From: Synechococcus sp.
Lineage (GTDB): Bacteria > Cyanobacteriota > Cyanobacteriia > PCC-6307 > Cyanobiaceae
DNA: 64,000 nt
Direction: 5' to 3'
Assembly: GCA_047285805.1 (NCBI GenBank)
Contig: JBJBCN010000002.1
Span: 800,001-864,000, forward strand
Shown: in pieces, positions 1 to 7,913 of the stretch
How positions within the stretch are numbered: the stretch's first letter is position 1
Layout: every line of letters starts with the position of its first letter
Translations under genes and position numbers: made by a program
The notes under the pieces: model-generated
The model's database searches: none
What the model saw: only the letters and a program-made list of their open reading frames with translations
What the model was told of the DNA's origin: nothing

Positions 1-312
1 TACAGCTTTGGACTCTGGAACGACGACGGCGAGTTGGTGACCTTCGCCAAGGCCTACTCCGGACTCGACGATGGGGAAATTCGCCAGGTAGATCGCTGGA
101 TCCGGGCCCACACCACCGAACGCTTTGGGCCCGTGCGGGCCGTGGAGCCAACGCTGGTGTTCGAATTGGCCTTTGAAGGTCTGCAACCCTCGAAACGCCA
201 CAAGTGCGGGCTAGCGGTTCGCTTCCCGCGGATCAGCCGTTGGCGGCAGGACAAACCCGCCGCAGAAGCCGACAGCGTCGCCACGGCCCTGGCCCTGATG
301 GAGGGCCGATGA
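1..312 (+). CDS. ATP-dependent DNA ligase, C-terminal OB-fold part (5' truncated by window)
   Basis: Frame 1 reads YSFGLW...AKAYSGL...VFELAFEG...GLAVRFPRISRWRQDKP, typical ligase C-terminal motifs; the stop overlaps the next ATG (ATGA 309-312). Confidence 0.9.
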   Translation, partial: YSFGLWNDDGELVTFAKAYSGLDDGEIRQVDRWIRAHTTERFGPVRAVEPTLVFELAFEGLQPSKRHKCGLAVRFPRISRWRQDKPAAEADSVATALALMEGR

Positions 313-2798
313 GCGCAACGCTGCTGCCGATTCGGGACTGGTTCCGACGCCAAGGCTGGACACCGATGGCCTTTCAAGAGGAGGTCTGGGGGGCCTACCT
401 GGAGGGGCAGAGCGGACTGCTGCAGGTGCCCACCGGCTCGGGCAAGACCTACGGGGCCGTGATGGGTCCCATGGCCGAGATGCTCGAGCGCGGCGGGAAG
501 GGTCTGCGGTTGCTAGTGATCACCCCCCTGCGCGCGCTCTCACGGGACTTGGCCCTGGCGATCGAGCAACCGATCGAGGCGATGGGCTGGCCGCTGCGGG
601 TGGAGATTCGCAATGGCGACACGAGCACCTACGAACGGAGCAAGCAGCTTCGCACCCCCCCTGAAATCTTGATTACGACGCCGGAATCCCTGAGCCTTCT
701 GTTGGCCAACCCGAAGGCCCCGCTGCTGTTTGAGGGGCTGCAGGCGGTGGTGATCGACGAGTGGCACGAGCTCATGGGCAGCAAACGGGGGAGCCAGTGC
801 GAGCTCTGCCTCAGCTGGCTCAGGCAGCTGAGGCCCGAGCTGCGCACCTGGGCAATCAGCGCGACGATCGGCAACCTCGAGGAGGCGGCACGGGCAGCCC
901 TCGATTCAACGGAGGCCAAGCCCCTGATCGTGACGGCCCAACTGCAACGGGAAACCGCGATCCGCAGCCTCTTGCCCGAACAGATCGATGGCTTCCCATG
1001 GGGTGGTCACCTCGGCCTACGGATGTACGAGGAGTTGGTCGCCGGACTGGATCCGGCCATCAGCACCCTGCTCTTCACCAACACCCGCAACCAGGCGGAG
1101 CGCTGGCACCAATGTCTGCGCTTCGCCTGCCCGGAGATGGAGGACGCCCTGGCCCTGCACCACAGTGCCATCGACCGCACGGAGCGAGAGGCGATTGAGG
1201 CGGCGGTCAAGGCCGGGGATCTGCGCTGGGTGGTCTGCACCAGTTCCCTGGACCTCGGCGTTGACTTCCAACCGGTGGAGAGGGTCGTGCAAATCGGTAG
1301 TGCCAAAAATCTGGCCCGCCTGTTGCAGCGCGCGGGCCGCAGCGCCCACTGCCCAGGCGGCACCTCGCAGGTGCTCTTCATGCCCACGAACGCCCTGGAG
1401 TTGCTCGAGGTGTCGGCGATGCGGCGGGGACTGACCGATGGCTTGGTGGAACACCGCAACCCCCCGGAACTCCCCCTGGATGTCCTGCTCCAGCATCTGG
1501 TCAGCCTGGCCTGCGGCCCTGGGTTTGAACCCTCCCAAGAGATGGAGACGGTCCGCACAAGCTGGAGCTTCCGCAGCCTCAGCGAGAGCCAATGGCAGTG
1601 GTGCCTGGATTTTCTGGAGCACGGAGGGCAATGCCTGGGGGCCTACCCCCGCTACCGCAAGTTGGTTCGCTGCCAGCCCGGCAGCGACGAACCCGCCGAG
1701 GTGGGGCAGCCCTACCGCTACCGGGTGCTGGATAAGACGATTGCGCGGCATCATCGCTTCAATATCGGCACGATCACCGCGGACCGCTCCGTCACGGTGC
1801 GCTTTGTGCGCGGGGCCGTACTTGGCCATGTGGAAGAGGCTTTTATCGGACGGTTGAAACCGGGCGATGTCTTCTTTTTTGCAGGCCGCCAGTTGGAGTT
1901 CGTACGGCTGCGGGAGATGACGGCCCAGGTCAAGGCCACCAGCCGCAAAAGCTCCACCGTGCCGGCCTGGGCGGGGGGGCAGATGGCCCTCTCGGACCTG
2001 CTCAGCAGCCATCTCCGCGAGGAGGTCGATCGCTGCGCCCAGGGCCTCTGTGATGACGAGGAGCTGGATACTCCAGAACTGCGCGCCCTGCGGCCTTTGC
2101 TTCAGCGCCAAGCAGATCTCTCACGCATCCCAAGGCGGGAGCAGATCCTGCTGGAGGTCTGCTCAAGCCGCGAAGGCAGTCACCTGTTCGTCTTTCCCTT
2201 TGAAGGGCGGTTTGTCCATGAGGGCATCGGCTTCCTCTGGGCCTGGCGCCTGGCGCGCCACCAGCCCAGCACGATCACGGTCTCGATCAACGACTACGGC
2301 TTTGAGCTCCTCGCCCCCAAGCGCTACCCCTTCGATGAACTGATCGAGCTCCATGGCGATGACCTGCTCGACATCACCAACCTCGATGACGACCTCGAGC
2401 AGGCGTTGAATTTCTCAGAGCTCTGCCGCCGTCGCTTTCGCTCGATCGCTCAGGTAAGCGGCTTGGTCACCCAGTCCATGCCGGGACAAAACAAAACCGG
2501 GGGTCAACTGCAGATCAGTGCGGCCCTACTCTTTGACGTCTTCCAAAAGCACGAACCCAACCACCTATTGCTCGAGCAGGCACGCCGGGAAGTGCTCGAG
2601 GAACAACTGGAAACGCAACGCCTCCGCACGGCCCTCGAGCGCATGGCTTCCAGTGAATGGCTAATGGAGCGAACCCAACGTCCCAGCCCTCTGGCCTTCC
2701 CTCTGATGGTGGAGCGACTGAACAACCGACTCAGCAACGAATCCGTTCTCGATCGCGTGCAGCGCTTGATCGCAGAAGCCACGAAAGCCGAAGGCTGA
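309..2798 (+). CDS. Ligase-associated DEXH-box helicase (Lhr-like)
   Basis: Walker A VPTGSGKT, TPLRAL, IDEWHE, ISAT, TSSLDLGVD, QRAGRSAH; start set at ATG 309, coupled to the ligase stop. Confidence 0.92.
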   Translation: MSATLLPIRDWFRRQGWTPMAFQEEVWGAYLEGQSGLLQVPTGSGKTYGAVMGPMAEMLERGGKGLRLLVITPLRALSRDLALAIEQPIEAMGWPLRVEIRNGDTSTYERSKQLRTPPEILITTPESLSLLLANPKAPLLFEGLQAVVIDEWHELMGSKRGSQCELCLSWLRQLRPELRTWAISATIGNLEEAARAALDSTEAKPLIVTAQLQRETAIRSLLPEQIDGFPWGGHLGLRMYEELVAGLDPAISTLLFTNTRNQAERWHQCLRFACPEMEDALALHHSAIDRTEREAIEAAVKAGDLRWVVCTSSLDLGVDFQPVERVVQIGSAKNLARLLQRAGRSAHCPGGTSQVLFMPTNALELLEVSAMRRGLTDGLVEHRNPPELPLDVLLQHLVSLACGPGFEPSQEMETVRTSWSFRSLSESQWQWCLDFLEHGGQCLGAYPRYRKLVRCQPGSDEPAEVGQPYRYRVLDKTIARHHRFNIGTITADRSVTVRFVRGAVLGHVEEAFIGRLKPGDVFFFAGRQLEFVRLREMTAQVKATSRKSSTVPAWAGGQMALSDLLSSHLREEVDRCAQGLCDDEELDTPELRALRPLLQRQADLSRIPRREQILLEVCSSREGSHLFVFPFEGRFVHEGIGFLWAWRLARHQPSTITVSINDYGFELLAPKRYPFDELIELHGDDLLDITNLDDDLEQALNFSELCRRRFRSIAQVSGLVTQSMPGQNKTGGQLQISAALLFDVFQKHEPNHLLLEQARREVLEEQLETQRLRTALERMASSEWLMERTQRPSPLAFPLMVERLNNRLSNESVLDRVQRLIAEATKAEG

Positions 2799-2806
2799 CG
2801 CCGCGT

Positions 2807-3097
2807 TCAGTGGCCGTAGCGCAGACGCCGGACATCAACTTCCAGGCGAACCATTTCACAACACGCTTTTGAGACCACGCGCGGACCTTGTTGGAGGTCC
2901 TCGTTGTAGCGATACATCGCCTGGATGTAGTACTGCTCCAACTCCTGGAGCAGGCCATCGCCGATCCACCGTGTGCGCACCATCGCCATCTGAGGGAACA
3001 CCAAAAGGGAGTCCCCGTGGACCCATCCTCCGGCTCTAACAAGAGCTTGAAAAACCGGCTTCAGCAGGCTCAAGCCGAATTGAGCATCAGGACTCAT
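2807..3097 (-). CDS. Hypothetical protein (~96 aa; could start at an internal Met, MAMVRTRW)
   Basis: Open frame with plausible composition, convergent on the helicase; no recognised motif. Confidence 0.5.
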   Translation of the reverse strand: MSPDAQFGLSLLKPVFQALVRAGGWVHGDSLLVFPQMAMVRTRWIGDGLLQELEQYYIQAMYRYNEDLQQGPRVVSKACCEMVRLEVDVRRLRYGH

Positions 3098-3148
3098 TGC
3101 GAAGCAACAACGCCGCAGCGATAACAAGGCTGCTACGTGAGGTCGCCC

Positions 3149-3424
3149 ATGTCCGTGTCACGGAATCGCTCCGCAGCCCGCCATAGGCTCGAGCAGCAGG
3201 TCAACGCGGAAGTCCTCTCGTTCGTGGATGGCTTTCGACCGCTTATCCCCAGGCCCTGCGAAGCCGCCATGGCTCGCCCGAAGACGACCCAGCACGGGGT
3301 GAAGCACTGGTGGTCAGTGCTGGTGCACTGGTGGTCAGTGTTGGTGCGCTGGTGGTCAGTGTTGGTGCGCTGGTGGTCAGTGTTGGTGCGCTGGTCGCAG
3401 GGCCTCAAAGAGCGCTTCGCCTAA
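3149..3424 (+). CDS. Hypothetical protein with (H/R)WWSVLV heptad repeats
   Basis: ATG at 3149 preceded by GAGG; C-terminal half encoded by a 21-bp tandem repeat. Confidence 0.5.
   Translation: MSVSRNRSAARHRLEQQVNAEVLSFVDGFRPLIPRPCEAAMARPKTTQHGVKHWWSVLVHWWSVLVRWWSVLVRWWSVLVRWSQGLKERFA
3304..3395. repeat. 21-bp tandem repeat, ~4.4 copies (GCRCTGGTGGTCAGTGYTGGT)
   Basis: Units at 3304-3324, 3325-3345, 3346-3366, 3367-3387, plus a partial unit at 3388-3395. Confidence 0.97.
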
Positions 3425-3654
3425 TCACCACTGGGGGGGCACCTGACACCAGCCCTGGCGCAGCAGGTTCTGCATGAGGCGAACATCGTTGTAGCGGAGC
3501 ATTCGGCTGTTGTGGAAGGCCTGGATCGCTCCGTCACACGCAAGATCGGCAATAACCACTTCGCACCACTGAGCGTGGGGCGTCGGATCAATCGTGGTGA
3601 AGCGCACCCGGGGCGGCCAAGACGCTTTTGCTCGGGGTTCTCCTGAGCTGCCAT
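3425..3654 (-). pseudogene. DUF1651-like protein, probably frameshifted near the 5' end
   Basis: C-terminus LLRQGWCQVPPQW resembles the DUF1651 end; the likely N-terminus MAAQENPEQKRLGRP (ATG 3654) is in a different frame from RVRFTT...PQW. Confidence 0.5.
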
Positions 3655-3731
3655 GGCGACCAGTCAACACGCTGATTTCACGCTTAGATGCCAGCACGCA
3701 GAGACAACACCAAAGCCCCCGTCCGGCTTTT

Positions 3732-4289
3732 TTATGGCGTCGTTTGTGAGCCGAGGCTTGAGAAGTTGGAATAGCGGCGACACAATTTGGCCACCAGCAC
3801 CTTCCGGGGGTCCTTGGAGTTCAACTCCCCTTGGCTGATCTTGAAGCGCGCCAGATTCTGCGCGACGCCAGGAAGCCCATCGCGGACGCAGTAGGCCATA
3901 ACCGAAGGAAGCCGTTGGCGTTCTCCCTTCGGGCCTTCGAGGACCGGCGCGAAGCGGGCCACGCGATAGAGAACACCATGCTCGCGCTCACTGTCCAGTA
4001 AGGCCTCGGCAGCGGCCAGACGAGCCTGATCCCCCTCGAGATCCTTCTGCCAGAAGTCAACCGGAATGCCGTCGCGCTCGTTGAAGTCCACGTTCTTCTT
4101 CGCCCAGGCGATCTCGGCCTTGAGGGAGTCGAAATTCACCTGCTGGGCAATGCGACGGTCCTCCAGTTGCACCGAGCCCTCCTCCACAAGGAGGCGTTGA
4201 CCGGAGCTGGTCTTCACGACCAGCTCCCGACTGTCCTCGCTGCTCTGGCAGCCGGCCAACAGCAGCGCCAACACCAGCAGCAGGCGCAT
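3732..4289 (-). CDS. Putative lipoprotein, unknown function (185 aa)
   Basis: N-terminus MRLLLVLALLLAGC is a signal peptide with a LAGC lipobox; ATG at 4289. Confidence 0.75.
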   Translation of the reverse strand: MRLLLVLALLLAGCQSSEDSRELVVKTSSGQRLLVEEGSVQLEDRRIAQQVNFDSLKAEIAWAKKNVDFNERDGIPVDFWQKDLEGDQARLAAAEALLDSEREHGVLYRVARFAPVLEGPKGERQRLPSVMAYCVRDGLPGVAQNLARFKISQGELNSKDPRKVLVAKLCRRYSNFSSLGSQTTP

Positions 4290-4319
4290 TGGGCCCCATC
4301 CGTTGCCCTCCCCTTGTAG

Positions 4320-4382
4320 CCGCTCCCGTGAAGATTCAGCGGGAATCACAATGGAGGCTCGCAAAGCCTCCATTGTGAGCGG
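4320..4382 (+). promoter_or_regulatory. Candidate structured leader (perfect 14-bp hairpin within a possible three-way junction)
   Basis: TCACAATGGAGGCT (4346-4359) pairs with AGCCTCCATTGTGA (4365-4378); CCGCT 4320-4324 can pair with AGCGG 4378-4382; CCCG/CGGG stem at 4325-4343. Confidence 0.45.
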
Positions 4383-4535
4383 ATGAGCCCCCTGCACTGC
4401 CCCCTCTGCATCGGCCTGGCCGTTGTCTCTATTGGCCGCGCCGCAGCCCATCTCAGTGGGCTATGGCTCATGCTCTGGGGACCGGAACCAGGCGCATGCG
4501 CACTCTCAGCTGGGCTGACTTTGACCGGGCCCTAG
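4383..4535 (+). CDS. Small CxxC/hydrophobic protein (50 aa, MSPLHCPLCIGLAVV...)
   Basis: Hand-translated, below the ORF-track cutoff; HCPLC followed by a hydrophobic stretch; overlaps the next gene start by 40 nt. Confidence 0.45.
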   Translation: MSPLHCPLCIGLAVVSIGRAAAHLSGLWLMLWGPEPGACALSAGLTLTGP

Positions 4536-4888
4536 ACACAGCCCTCGATCGCCTTGCATCGTGCACCTTTTCCGGGGTCTACGGCGTTCCCCGCGGTGGT
4601 CTCATCCTCGCGGTGAGCCTAAGCCATCGTCTCGGCATTCCCCTGCTGGAGCAGCCGCAGGCCGGATGTCTGATCGTCGATGACATCTACGAGACCGGGC
4701 GCACCGTTGCGCCCTATCGCGAGCGCTCAGACCTCACGACCCTCGTCTGGATCAGCAAGGTGCCGCCGATCTGGTGGCAGGCACTCGAGGTCCAAGCCGG
4801 CCGAGAGTGGATCCTGTTCCCCTGGGAGAACGCCGAAGCCGCCCTCACCGATGAAGAGCAGTACCGTAATTCCCGCTCCCATGGTTAA
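4496..4888 (+). CDS. Type I phosphoribosyltransferase family protein
   Basis: YGVPRGGL, PRPP-binding loop LIVDDIYETGRT, C-terminal WILFPWE. Confidence 0.88.
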   Translation: MRTLSWADFDRALDTALDRLASCTFSGVYGVPRGGLILAVSLSHRLGIPLLEQPQAGCLIVDDIYETGRTVAPYRERSDLTTLVWISKVPPIWWQALEVQAGREWILFPWENAEAALTDEEQYRNSRSHG

Positions 4889-5363
4889 ACCTCGGCTCTA
4901 CCTGGCCTCTCCCTACGGCTTCTCCGCCCACTGGCGGACCCGCCTGCTGCCAGATTTTGTTAGCGCCCTTGAGCAGATCGGCCTGGAGGTCTGGGAACCC
5001 TTCTCACGCAACAGCCAACTGGACCTCGCTGAACCAGGCTGGGCTTGGCGCGTGGCCCAGGCGGATCTGCAGGACGTCCGCGACGCCGATGCCGTCCTCG
5101 CCATCGTGAACGGCACGCCTCCCGACGAGGGGGTCATGCTCGAACTGGGCGCCGCGATTGCCCTCGAAAAGCCCATCTTCCTCTACCGCGATGACTTCCG
5201 CCGTTGCAGCGATTCCGAGGACTATCCGCTCAACCTGATGGTCTTCAGCGGCTTACCACCGGAGGGCTGGCAGGACTGGCTCTACGGCTCGATTGAGGAA
5301 CTCCACAGCCCCGAAAAAGCTCTCGTCCGATGGCTGAAGGACTGGAGATCAAGCGGGTCCTAG
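4881..5363 (+). CDS. Nucleoside 2-deoxyribosyltransferase family protein
   Basis: LYLASPYGF, DLQDVRDADAVLA, PDEGVMLELGAAIALEKP, NLM motifs; ATG 4881 overlaps the upstream stop. Confidence 0.88.
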   Translation: MVKPRLYLASPYGFSAHWRTRLLPDFVSALEQIGLEVWEPFSRNSQLDLAEPGWAWRVAQADLQDVRDADAVLAIVNGTPPDEGVMLELGAAIALEKPIFLYRDDFRRCSDSEDYPLNLMVFSGLPPEGWQDWLYGSIEELHSPEKALVRWLKDWRSSGS

Positions 5364-5552
5364 AGACTCTCCGGAGGACTTCGCAATCTGGGCCGCGCGC
5401 ATCGCCGCTTCAATGGGGACGGTTCCATCGCTCGTGTTTTTGGCTGCCAGCTGTTGAACCATCTGACGGCGCTGTTCGGGAGTCAACTTCAAGAGATCAG
5501 CCAAGACATCAGGGTTGATCCATCCAAGTCGCTCCCAAGCCAGCCCATCCAT
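5349..5552 (-). CDS. Small hypothetical protein (67 aa)
   Basis: MDGLAWERLGWINPDVLADLLKLTPEQRRQMV..., helical composition. Confidence 0.55.
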   Translation of the reverse strand: MDGLAWERLGWINPDVLADLLKLTPEQRRQMVQQLAAKNTSDGTVPIEAAMRAAQIAKSSGESLGPA

Positions 5553-5659
5553 CGGCGCCGTTCCATCCAAGTTCTGCCCTCCTAAGCGGGAAAGACGGCA
5601 GAAACGTGCTTTTTTCGGCACGCGTCAGCTCACCCAAACAGAGCGCGACAATGCCGCGC

Positions 5660-5788
5660 ATGAACAACCACCGCCCCCTTTCCATTCTGTTCTTGGCGCT
5701 CGTGCTCGCCGTGGTACCCCTCTCAGCGGCCCTGCTCATCCACGGTCATGCCAACGTCCAAGCAGTCTTCCGCAACGCTTTCGGTTGA
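5660..5788 (+). CDS. Small single-TM protein (42 aa)
   Basis: MNNHRPLSILFLALVLAVVPLSAALLIHGH..., GC-ending codons like host genes. Confidence 0.55.
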   Translation: MNNHRPLSILFLALVLAVVPLSAALLIHGHANVQAVFRNAFG

Positions 5789-5855
5789 ATCCAGGGTCGA
5801 TTCTCATCAAAACGACAATTTTCCGCTACCAACTGGATAGAGCTGGGGGCCGCAG

Positions 5856-6026
5856 ATGTTCTTCTACGAGCTGAGCGTCAACCTGCCCCACCGCACCATG
5901 AAGATTCCTCTCCAGGCGGAGACCGAAGAGCAGGCCTGGCATCTCGGCCGAGACCTCTTCCCTGATCACGAGATCGACTTGGTCCCCAGGCGCAGGGACT
6001 GCGATGCAGATTTGTGGGCCATCTAG
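5856..6026 (+). CDS. Small hypothetical protein (56 aa)
   Basis: Hand-translated MFFYELSVNLPHRTMKIPLQAETEEQAWHLGRDLFPDHEIDLVPRRRDCDADLWAI; host-like codon usage; absent from the ORF track. Confidence 0.6.
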   Translation: MFFYELSVNLPHRTMKIPLQAETEEQAWHLGRDLFPDHEIDLVPRRRDCDADLWAI

Positions 6027-6039
6027 GGCCGCCAAGCGA

Positions 6040-6123
6040 TCAGGACTTCTTCTCCAGCTGGCGAACGATCCAAGCCATCGCACCCAAGGAACCGACCAAG
6101 GCAATCAGTAACGCAATCGTCAT
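6040..6123 (-). CDS. Micro-protein, single TM helix (27 aa)
   Basis: Hand-translated MTIALLIALVGSLGAMAWIVRQLEKKS: hydrophobic helix plus basic tail; fills the gap between neighbours. Confidence 0.55.
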   Translation of the reverse strand: MTIALLIALVGSLGAMAWIVRQLEKKS

Positions 6124-6160
6124 GGGTGGGGCCGACGGAAGACCTGATTATGTCGGCCTG

Positions 6161-6553
6161 GTGTTCGTCTACGTCAGCCTGAAGCGGGCCGAGCGCTTTC
6201 ACCATCAGCTGAACGGCGCAGCCTTTGAGGGAACCGCAGAGCTCCATGGGCACGAGCTCTACGACCTCGGACCATTCCCGATGGCCATCCGTAACGAGGA
6301 GGCCAAGATGCCAGTTAGTGGCGAGCTCTATCGACTGAACGCGCAGCAGCTGCAGGACCTGGATCGCTTCGAAGGGGCACCCCGGCTTTACAAACGCGCA
6401 TTGCACGTTCTTGCCGATGGTCGCGAGGCATGGGTCTATCTAGGAAGCCGCAAGCAGGTGCGATATGTCCAGGCGATACCCAGTGGGTGCTGGCGGGGCT
6501 CAAACCGCCACCAGACAGCGGCCCGCCAGGGCCAGGACAACGGCCAGACTTAA
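6161..6553 (+). CDS. Gamma-glutamylcyclotransferase (GGACT/AIG2-like) family protein with a degenerate N-terminal motif
   Basis: VFVYVSLK (family norm VFVYG[ST]LK), VSGELY, LDRFEG, AWVY; start uncertain (GTG 6161 or ATG 6122). Confidence 0.8.
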   Translation: MFVYVSLKRAERFHHQLNGAAFEGTAELHGHELYDLGPFPMAIRNEEAKMPVSGELYRLNAQQLQDLDRFEGAPRLYKRALHVLADGREAWVYLGSRKQVRYVQAIPSGCWRGSNRHQTAARQGQDNGQT

Positions 6554-7159
6554 GGCCCCCCAAGCAGGCAGCCCGATGGGTCGCCAACTGGCGCCAAGCT
6601 CAGCAGAACAGTGGGTGCGGCCAAGGCCAAGCAAGTGCAAACGTCTCCAGCCTTGAAACAACTGGCCAAGCTTGCAGTAGTTCAGCGGCGCAATGGCTAA
6701 TGCTCGGGGGCCGAGCGGGACCGATACGCTCAGGTCGATGTCCTGCTGATCGATAGCCCTCACCCAGTTCGGCGGCGCCAGCAGCCGTGCCTCCATGCCC
6801 CTTTGGTAAGTAGTTCATCCTAGATACTGCAGCAGGTTTGGCGATGATTCTGTGCTTGTTCTTGCTTGTTATTCGCGAGACACTTGACACAACACACATC
6901 GATCATCCCCAATGGTTGCAGCAGTGAGAAGAAACAGATAGAGCCCGAGGAAAACTACATTCTGCCCAGATACGTGCAAAACTCTTACTAGCTGTCGAGG
7001 AGAGAAAAGGGTGACACGAAGAAGCCTCCATAAACGAGGACAAAAGGACCATTGCAAAGGAGATGAGATACGGCATGCATCACAAAAAGAAGAATTAAGC
7101 AACGCAAAGAAATTAATTGCAGTAGTGGCACTTTCAGCCGTTACCTTAGCGTTGCATGG

Positions 7160-7447
7160 ATGCGCTTAAAAGGCTCAAAAGAGCGTAATCAAAAGAGAAT
7201 AAACGTATTGGAGTCAATTTCAGCGCGATACTGGAGGGATCGCGAATACTGGACACCTAAATGCAATGCAATCGCTATCCATGCCAACGAGTTACAAGAA
7301 CTCCTGACAAACGAAGTAAACGTAATCACAGCCTCCCAATGGAACGAAACAATCTCATACAAAAACGAGCACTCATGGGGAAAGGCAACATGCAATGGAA
7401 ACTCCTACATTCTTGAAGGTCCTGAAAAGGAGCTGCAGCCTCTCTAG
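7160..7447 (+). CDS. Hypothetical protein, possibly the 3' part of a frameshifted lipoprotein
   Basis: 95-aa ORF; a signal-like KKLIAVVALSAVTLALHGC lies just upstream in another frame. Confidence 0.4.
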   Translation: MRLKGSKERNQKRINVLESISARYWRDREYWTPKCNAIAIHANELQELLTNEVNVITASQWNETISYKNEHSWGKATCNGNSYILEGPEKELQPL

Positions 7448-7913
7448 GGTCAAGAGATGCGTTAAGCATGGATAAAACATCTGTGTCCGGTTGGTGTAGT
7501 GAGGACTCTAGAAATGGAGCGGCTTCTCATGGGTATTTTGCTTGTCTCCCGATTACCTGCTTGGCGCCCCCTTGACGGCTACTGAGCTCGTTTTGCACGT
7601 CGGTTGGACACTGGAGAACTGAAGGAATCGGGATTCACTTGAATTAAGTCGCCAACCAACAAGTCTCGCCAGCGCCTATGCACTGGTAGCACAACGATAA
7701 GCGAGGTTAAGACTGACTTCTACGCTTGTCTATATGCATGCCTGAGAAGTCTCCAGCAATCACAAAGGCTCACAAGCTGAATCCACCAAATAGAATCAAT
7801 CACACGAGGGAAGCGGGAATAGAAACAGATATGCACCCGCTCAAGGGAAACATAGAGGTAATGGTGTACAGTAATAAGGGCTCTCAGATTTTTGCAGTTT
7901 TCGTTAGGATGAA

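Noticed and set aside
3304..3395. 21-bp repeats as a CRISPR array
   Set aside because: Units are head-to-tail with no spacers, and there are no cas genes in the window.
3712..3733. AAAGCC-N7-GGCTTTTTT as a terminator
   Set aside because: Only 3 GC pairs, and no plus-strand gene ends immediately upstream.
4355..4372. GCAAAGCCTCC resembling part of the c-di-GMP-I riboswitch
   Set aside because: The upstream GGCAAA and tetraloop arm are missing; the match is explained by the simple hairpin.
6500..6796. 98-aa reverse ORF at the islet's left edge
   Set aside because: No recognisable motif and it overlaps the GGACT 3' end; it may be a remnant but I cannot support it.
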